From Cyanobacteria bacterium P01_A01_bin.84 (GTDB lineage: Bacteria > Cyanobacteriota > Cyanobacteriia > Cyanobacteriales > Nostocaceae), in NCBI GenBank assembly GCA_039030795.1, contig JBCCDM010000001.1, positions 1 through 44,447 of the forward strand: DNA of 44,447 nucleotides, given 5' to 3'. The notes beneath the pieces were generated by a model. The model was not told where the DNA came from. It did not search any database and saw nothing but the letters and a program-made list of their open reading frames with translations. The position numbers were made by a program, and so were the translations under genes. Positions 41,301-44,447 of the stretch are shown one piece after another. The first letter of the stretch is position 1; every line of letters begins with the position of its first letter.

Positions 41301-43399
41301 ATGCTCAAAATATCAACCCCATCGCCAATATTGAGCCAGTTACCGAAGCTACTGCCAAGCATATGGTTAAAGATAAGGCTATGGCAGAGTTTGCGACGCA
41401 GTATATCGGCATCAGTGCAGCATCACCAGATACCCCATCAAGTACCAGGAATTATGCTGAAGCCTGGGGTGATAAAGCAAATACCGGCTCCTACACCAAT
41501 AAAGATGTAATCATGATTAGTGGCTCCGGTCCCTGGCGCGGGGTAACTCAAAGTCAGATTGAGGAAAACTTTAATAAAGAATATATACCGCTACTTGATA
41601 AAGCAATTGAGGCTAAGAGTAATATCGTTGTAGGTAATGCTAAAGGAACAGATGAATTAGTAAAAAATTATCTACAAGAAAAGGGATATAAATTAGAACA
41701 AACATCAAATAACTACGCTCAGTTATCTTCTCAAACTAGAGAAATACAGGCTTCTAACAAAATTTCAAAAATCACGAGTATAGGACAGTTGGGTGCTGAT
41801 TTAGGAGCATTGGAAGCAGCCAAAAATAAAGGTATAAAAACCGGAGGTGTTGCAGCAAACGGATATTTTACAGAAAAAGGTCAAGCACCAGATTTACTTC
41901 AAGGTTACGGACTAAGTGAAGGAGAAAAAGGTAAAGGATTCGGTCAAACTTACAAAAACGCTTATTCGGCTAATATCCGCAGTAGCGATGCAACAGTATT
42001 AATAGGACGTATTCTTAATCGCAACGAAGATACAGATAAGGATTTAATTGAAATTATCAGTCGCTACAACAAACCGTGCCTAGTAATCCCCAAAGAGGAA
42101 GTATTATCTAACCCTCAAGCAGCTGGAGAAAAGATTGCTCAATTTGCATCTCAAAATAATGCTCAAAATTTAAATATAATTGGCGAGCGAGAAAGTCATG
42201 CACCGGGGATGCAAAATGCCGTACAGGAAGCTATCGGTAAAACCTTAGAGCTAAATTCTCGTACTGAGTATAAAGTTAAAAATCCACCCTTTGAGCAGAA
42301 TGCAGCAGATTTGAAAACTGAACAAGTCGCGGCTAAACAGAAAAATGAACAACCAGATAAAGAGTCATCATTCATAAAAACACAGAGCAAAAGCCAACTT
42401 ACACAAAATGTTGGTACTACTATTAGTGCCTACAGTAATGATGGTTTAGGAGCAGCTCTATCCCCAGAAACTAAGCTAGCCTCCGATAATGGTAATTTAC
42501 AGAATAATTACCCTGTTAGCTATCAAGACAATAAAGAATTACCCGCTGGTAATTATGGTGGCGAAAATTACCCAGATGTCAAACCTATAGGTCAACCCTT
42601 TGTATCAGCGAACCAAGCCTATCATGCTTACAAAGAGCCGTCAGAGCAAGCAGCACAAAAGATAGCCAGGATGACGGAAGTACTCAAAGCCAAATTAGAA
42701 CAGCACCCAAGATTAGTTAGTGCGATCGCAAAACGTGGTGGTGTTGAATTCCTTGAAAATTCCACTCATATTTCTAGTTCCCAAGATAAATTTTGGGATG
42801 GTAGAGGTAAAGAATCTAAATTTATTCAGGCTTTGAGTGCGGCTTACACCACCATAGAAAAAAGTCAAGGTAAAGTATCGACACAAGAAGCAGATTCAGT
42901 GGCTCAATCCCTCCAGAAATGGACGGAGGATGCACAATTCCTTAATCGCAATTATGTAGACACAATCAATCAAATCCAAAATATATATGCTAATACCAAA
43001 AAGCCACTAACGGAAAATCACTTAAAAACTATGGATAAAGATAGTAAGGATGCGGCAGTTACTAAAGAAGTTAAAAACCTAGTCACGCGACTTACCAATA
43101 CCTTAGTGCAGGATAATAGGGAAGACGGTTCTAAACTAGTTCAAGGTAAAAGATATATTTTAGAATCTAATCAAAATACTGGCCTTACTCGTATAACTAG
43201 TACGAGTACTGCTGATATTTTATTGAGTATAGAAAACAATCAGGTTAAAGCTAACAACCTAAATAGTGACGTATACCAATCTTTGAAATCAGCAGTGCAA
43301 GCAGTAGATGAAAAAATAAAAGCTGCTCAAGAAATAACGGGTTATAATAACAGTAATTCTGAACGCAATATGACAGAAAAAATTCAAATAGCAAAGTAA
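32354..43399 (+). CDS. 3,681-aa multidomain 'polyvalent' protein
   Basis: Uninterrupted 11,046-nt ORF. All minus-strand ORFs inside it are short shadows. The domains (RdRP/YonO-like polymerase, degenerate RNase H, Dda/RecD-like helicase, AlkB-like, RNase HI, SLOG x2, NADAR-like) are listed as separate features below. Confidence 0.9.
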   Translation: MSIISKHFDTRLGQNIEAYDKEAKKQQKLNTSAPKTEKITSLKEELNNTLLEYFFPDTEFSFGHGDEFTTIDELKNHPDDHKLLISSKSRYLYADESAFEIVDEIFPDRKDRGAYGSILLGECNKGKDSPPPLSGKLNILIVDDETGENGGIIDKEQAYRLTGDCYGQISDEKYKELTGHKEGDKYRVIQHRFGWKPQEADEQYRFGKGTLRPMDFNDIQYETGKDSKIDLIVPISSLKGTDKQRPGGALKPQIKPGLYELDIWIGEKSLSQQGKTATSQIWASFPEGQKDALEKSNAEAFKLYYDSKDPRKLAQLYCEKYEKRKKFDQERLQKEEELAASGKTSTISKEDLTPDDQEDEKSNQVEDLMMYRLVKADLTSGHGQLLETEKVKRELEKFVVREYKDIATFKNITFDRAMVIPSKDLKNGEICIPGRIDDDKEILNFRAPFLNSNGMCVSQQKHTDDILGPDGKPIEGVICVSDETTERIYDRVTKQIKTALAQVDDEKILNSLQSFVEGDITSTKDVKFKDIGDLENMQRVRFIDALNEQITELQNLGFEVELLPRESEQERQGRDYDGDCVGFTLAENFPNLTAEAIERNKPENAYLPTIKEAKQSFYIGETTEQPEFEAIALQMSDGISVGVINNHLTALEALESEIEIIRNSGDRQLIANYVDTLKSSYSKVLERNNKQEDPSKKIPEAHRDHMERITELADATNSPEVVDRIFDLNRDFYRRLNEEASYQNQIAVDLFKSNRIPDTDAIKRNSSYLHRNVNYIRDKKQEGVYQNKVVETTGYSPTEINIRRVNRHFAKHKLESRPISQFQNLFKDIEFSYQQKAEATLAKRNFDKYFNEAAELQKRQKIDEGQSVSVRTRSGLNFEITNVVRTGNFSKLKEALEQDKAFRIEVKESKNKAKPHKYEVYAQFDNEKSALGHPKYQKIGTVMRDNEHIFKDMDSLPKNLDTRINEFKAAISDAQIKVRFDKALESADAFRSSIPENQLKQYAAATWSISTKRDTSDTELGFNKSASFAFNAFTNEIVDKIEVLQFDEFTVSNLKEAELQSDSIDFNTPQEIRFGAAAIDKDGDTEIKNVIQLKTPDGEYKEIGDISATDGRLPLGTTASATISGGNLSTATLSIDNVSVKVNELNKYDTKVNSGEEIEVLIQESASYSDGETKIFIGDDYLGKLRPESHEEAVKNNWLQNNQPLQLKLDSIVDEGKHPYAIATTGEGNKLYVNIEDQYKLIDEEMQAVPNKFKGYSFDAEQVQARPIVEKTGQKPIVYVNDKPVGTISQEDFKKIEPTGASLIPKLAKIEGNVTTLKVSLDKETVQYPETWVKEREEVTGKESIAINTSEESYKVDETSSKLYQKLTTRQSIAFEDTVDSYTNTFSLAVDERQLEATEKYLNKNNVDFQVTEKEDKPLETNKGMRVITIDKESLDDKLLETIISRTGGIKSDKFEIPEIPIIKDESVYYFDPKANYGDNEYPAIGLAVPAPDSHIVDEFLGKYNLEISGFNDNNIYYFSLIDVENFPYEKYNELYPSSEEEFTEYKQDLVRLKKDLSSHLGNPLDLSDENNFNTFDKKVETIQEKLDTGYSTLERNRDIGTEYQQALQKLPKRPNIEGYVEPPAPDVSIVKKRKEARAILRIGSAYNPQTQESGASAILVSNDGKNQIAQTANYYPSEKSDLKAAYQSLIQGLNEAKDRGYKAVRIETSNNNLYQRLKCNPQYMHFNGKNKECEPLHKQATDLIKSFEWGITPKFTSYKKYPTAAQANQVANNAIAQKSSVNDFGRSEPQQASATPNQTQQVASVSSPSPNQPQQASPTPAPKPTVSRQSPPPKQQTASKKRTGLTEGQKEALSKMMEFSKQPRTDKDNNEFLLEGYAGTGKTFVIQQFLKEVRKSGENPRIAFTAPTNNAVKVLRQMAEKQGMTGFEAKTTHKLLGLKRNIDKMSGDVNFTRKKTDDRPELKYDYIVVDEASMLNESLYEHCKEASQAGVKIVYMGDPAQLPPVNESESMVFSQVKNRSELTEVVRYDGDMARIAEDIRNNLNSKNPTQIRNSQDGTVIALSKEGFKNKVEELFTSDEFKADNSSIKVIAYTNNRVDEINKLIKDKLYGEDAPEYLPGMRIIARDPVKGEFGTALDTAEEMTITKAKKGKDGNLDIWMLEGITESGERAEFDVLDSKSKPQFQRELSNLRKEIYNEPIAQRDWLPYYDLAERYGNVRPAYAITAHNSQGKTIPQGIVDQNNLNLRLSMALKEEDGQERARGIKEYNQLRYVAMTRFQNAVYVGTNQREQEINHTQVESTDNIDRQNIQEWARYAPKGKEGYELSSAGDSRFSALNAKLKDGRTIEEAYQLDVKGYRSQSDNWRLGKGKPPLTPMTKEESYQKYKELWQQWANENPQLIDELAQKSQGKVLTDKFASTNISQARALVEILNERNIQSPQQTPISLPSSQEADKSKSLEIVGKISESKVDQLRQHLETNYQPLMDADKSSYAPGRQVAWVEAKWELKDKDFSPGVKDDKLMELVKQIYPDADIALVTYSEQQGQGIDYHRDDSYAAAEARSINIGDSMWGYQASKQGMVAYDPNANDNAPIQEFKLESGTVTRFNSKNPHAALETSAGRWSINVWSIKNDLGKNNSVREKFDKFVESNQPPTAVVETNTDLTIKESEWTRGGEIKIERSYQNIQDANTAGIIRLGNATQTRAATPKIPDNPQISGKTIPMTWELNQSPELKSVSTTIDAMRGNGRVHSTRAQNYYQTYGIKEGDIAVAKGKDNKQVAFRVGKQYKITQAIINNPDYQKAWQNWEKHSVKELTENQAAKGKERQLYGLFMEPLGDYQNGKIIPFEQHKQQERTLNITFDGASRNNGKPNAQASAAAVLTNPEGRTKQVSQYLGNKTNNETEFQAAIIGMKAAQKFGYKSIQIQGDSQLVVEALQGNRNIKAANLKPLYEEAKSLLNSFDKAEISYIPREQNKAADALANKALDNAQNINPIANIEPVTEATAKHMVKDKAMAEFATQYIGISAASPDTPSSTRNYAEAWGDKANTGSYTNKDVIMISGSGPWRGVTQSQIEENFNKEYIPLLDKAIEAKSNIVVGNAKGTDELVKNYLQEKGYKLEQTSNNYAQLSSQTREIQASNKISKITSIGQLGADLGALEAAKNKGIKTGGVAANGYFTEKGQAPDLLQGYGLSEGEKGKGFGQTYKNAYSANIRSSDATVLIGRILNRNEDTDKDLIEIISRYNKPCLVIPKEEVLSNPQAAGEKIAQFASQNNAQNLNIIGERESHAPGMQNAVQEAIGKTLELNSRTEYKVKNPPFEQNAADLKTEQVAAKQKNEQPDKESSFIKTQSKSQLTQNVGTTISAYSNDGLGAALSPETKLASDNGNLQNNYPVSYQDNKELPAGNYGGENYPDVKPIGQPFVSANQAYHAYKEPSEQAAQKIARMTEVLKAKLEQHPRLVSAIAKRGGVEFLENSTHISSSQDKFWDGRGKESKFIQALSAAYTTIEKSQGKVSTQEADSVAQSLQKWTEDAQFLNRNYVDTINQIQNIYANTKKPLTENHLKTMDKDSKDAAVTKEVKNLVTRLTNTLVQDNREDGSKLVQGKRYILESNQNTGLTRITSTSTADILLSIENNQVKANNLNSDVYQSLKSAVQAVDEKIKAAQEITGYNNSNSERNMTEKIQIAK
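32900..34640 (+). other. domain: eukaryotic-RdRP / YonO-like two-barrel RNA polymerase core
   Basis: Four collinear motifs: VIQHRFGW..RFGKGTLRP (32915-32992), ILNFRAPFLNSNGMCV (33677-33724), RDYDGDCVGF (DYDGD = 34076-34090), and GISVGVINNHL (34265-34297) followed by QIAVDLFKSNRIPD (34586-34627). Confidence 0.6.
37262..37690 (+). other. domain: RNase H-fold, catalytic carboxylates apparently all substituted
   Basis: It aligns with the second RNase HI domain (..GYKAVRIETSN.. vs ..GYKSIQIQGDS..). It has G, A, T and N at the positions of the D-E-D-D tetrad. Confidence 0.5.
37888..39215 (+). other. domain: Dda/RecD/TraA-like SF1 helicase
   Basis: LTEGQKEAL, Walker A GYAGTGKTF, APTNNAVKVL, Walker B YIVVDEASML, VYMGDPAQLPPV, AITAHNSQGKT and RYVAMTRFQNAVYV. 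Confidence 0.8.
39800..40240 (+). other. domain: AlkB-like 2OG-Fe(II) dioxygenase
   Basis: GIDYHRDD (H2549-x-D2551, 39998-40006), NPHAALE (H2610, 40181-40183) and GRWSINVWS (R2619, 40208-40210). Confidence 0.6.
40909..41310 (+). other. domain: canonical RNase HI
   Basis: LNITFDGASRNNG (D2858), TNNETEFQAAI (E2898 or the Glu two residues later), IQGDSQLVV and REQNKAADALANKAL. Confidence 0.8.
41497..41700 (+). other. domain: SLOG-superfamily-like Rossmannoid (DprA/LOG/YpsA-like), weak call
   Basis: VIMISGSGPWRG ... NIVVGNAKGTDELVKNYLQEKGY resembles the Gly-rich loop plus the G-x-A-x-G-x-D signature. Confidence 0.35.
41765..42250 (+). other. domain: YpsA / 'molybdenum-cofactor-carrier'-type SLOG domain
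   Basis: ITSIGQLGADLGALEAAKNKGIKTGGVAANGYFTEKG ... NIRSSDATVLIG ... KPCLVI ... LNIIGERESHAPG matches the GGQTGxDRAALDxA..GG.CPxGR..E..NVAGPRES pattern. Confidence 0.6.
42411..42870 (+). other. domain: NADAR (YbiA/DUF1768)-like
   Basis: FVSANQAYHAYK (cf. F.S.EH.FQA.K), KLEQHPRLVSAIAKRGGVEFLENS (cf. KF.QNP.L...LL.TG...L.E.S), DKFWDGRG (cf. D..WG.G) and FIQALSAAY. Confidence 0.5.
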
Positions 43400-43403
43400 A
43401 TAA

Positions 43404-44087
43404 ATGAGTAATACAGCAGTAATAGATAAAGTTAATTTTCTTAATAAAGGAAGCGGCTATTCAAACAATAGAATGGCATATGAATTATCAAAATTATTAA
43501 AAGAACGCAGCATAGAAAAAACAACACCACAACAAGAAACTTCCGCAAGAAAAGAATTTAGTCAAGTATTCTCATCGAAAAGTAATCCTCAGAAGGATAG
43601 AGAGGAATTAGCCAACCAATTCCGAGATAGATTCCTTAAACAGATGAAGCTTGAAGCGCCAGCAGCATCTAATATCAAAAAAAGTTTAGAAGTAAATAAT
43701 CAAAAGACTGAAGTAGAAATGGGTAAAGACAAAATAAAGCTTGAATTGCCCAAAATTGAAGAAGTACGTAAAGCTATTCCTAAAATCATACAAACTATTA
43801 TCTTTAAAGGTAAAGGCAAAGATACCAACAATAAATCGTTTGAAACTCATAGTTATAAAGCTAACCTAAAACTTGATGGCGACAATCAACAATTGACTAT
43901 AGAACGTAACAATGATAAATCTGTAGCCTTAGAAGCGATCAAAAAAGGTAAGGGAGAATTTGAAATTACCAACACCTCTATAGCTAAAGATGAGTTGAAA
44001 CAAATACAAAGCTCTATCAAACAACAATCACAAACCTCAACAAGAAGTCCTCGAATTAAAAACAAAAACAGCGATTTAGAGATGTAA
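43404..44087 (+). CDS. hypothetical Lys-rich protein carrying the shared C-terminal module
   Basis: 227 aa, starting 5 nt after the giant ORF stop. THSYKANLKLDGDNQQLTIERNNDKS..IAKDELKQIQSSI aligns with the C-termini of the giant protein and both zeta-like kinases. Confidence 0.5.
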   Translation: MSNTAVIDKVNFLNKGSGYSNNRMAYELSKLLKERSIEKTTPQQETSARKEFSQVFSSKSNPQKDREELANQFRDRFLKQMKLEAPAASNIKKSLEVNNQKTEVEMGKDKIKLELPKIEEVRKAIPKIIQTIIFKGKGKDTNNKSFETHSYKANLKLDGDNQQLTIERNNDKSVALEAIKKGKGEFEITNTSIAKDELKQIQSSIKQQSQTSTRSPRIKNKNSDLEM

Positions 44088-44177
44088 GAAAATAAGCATA
44101 TAGTTTATATCTATATGCTTTAGTTAAATTATTCTATTAGGGTGTGTTATAACCACACCCTTTTTTATTCTAAAATT

Positions 44178-44420
44178 TTATCCTATCCCCATAAATAATA
44201 TATATACAATACCCAAGCACATAATTAATCGTTTTATAGGTTTAGGAATTTTAACGAATGGAGAAATGACAAATGCCAATACTACAAAAATTAAAGCATC
44301 CCAACTCCCTGCTGAAATTTTTATAAAAACTGCAATGCAAAGACCAATAAATAATATATTCTCTACTAACTTTTCAAACCCGTTTTCATCATTCAACCAT
44401 TCGATTATTCTATGTTTCAT
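44178..44420 (-). CDS. small membrane protein (2-3 predicted TM helices)
   Basis: 80 aa with hydrophobic stretches ILFIGLCIAVFI, ALIFVVLAFVISPFV and LIMCLGIVYILFMGIG. Confidence 0.4.
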   Translation of the reverse strand: MKHRIIEWLNDENGFEKLVENILFIGLCIAVFIKISAGSWDALIFVVLAFVISPFVKIPKPIKRLIMCLGIVYILFMGIG

Positions 44421-44447
44421 ATTTAAAAAATCTCAAAAAAATTATCT

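Noticed and set aside
32771-42390. About 12 minus-strand and 2 plus-strand short ORFs inside the giant gene
   Set aside because: All are under 155 codons and embedded in an 11-kb ORF with multiple recognisable domains. None has an independent signal.

Overview
This 44.4-kb window is AT-rich and reads like a cyanobacterial plasmid or mobilizable element, not core chromosome. All family calls come from motif recognition by eye; no database search, folding or statistics were run, and RNA, promoter and terminator coordinates are approximate.

Evidence for that reading:
- Five HIP1 octamers (GCGATCGC).
- Partition genes: parA-parB and a ParM-like actin-ATPase operon next to a 1.7-kb ORF-poor region.
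- Mobilization genes: mobC plus a MobA/VirD2-type relaxase.
- A run of very small promoter-to-terminator cassettes (two SSB-like genes, two Cys-containing secreted peptides) that share one conserved upstream motif.
- Two paralogous zeta-toxin-like kinase modules flanking a BRO-N/AntA-like protein.
- Two inverted paralogous GNAT + small-protein cassettes.
- RHH and XRE regulators, one XRE copy being a pseudogene.
- A holA/holB-like clamp-loader pair and hemD.
- Two TnpB elements. One is a solo IS1341-type tnpB. The other is an IS607-type tnpA-tnpB in which the recombinase nucleophile Ser and the TnpB RuvC-III Asp both appear substituted.

The dominant feature is one 11,046-nt ORF (3,681 aa). 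It appears to fuse a eukaryotic-RdRP/YonO-like two-barrel RNA polymerase core to a dead RNase H fold, a Dda/RecD-like helicase, an AlkB-like dioxygenase, an active-looking RNase HI, two SLOG-type domains and a NADAR-like domain. This is a 'polyvalent protein' architecture. Its C-terminal ~60-aa module recurs on three other proteins in the window.
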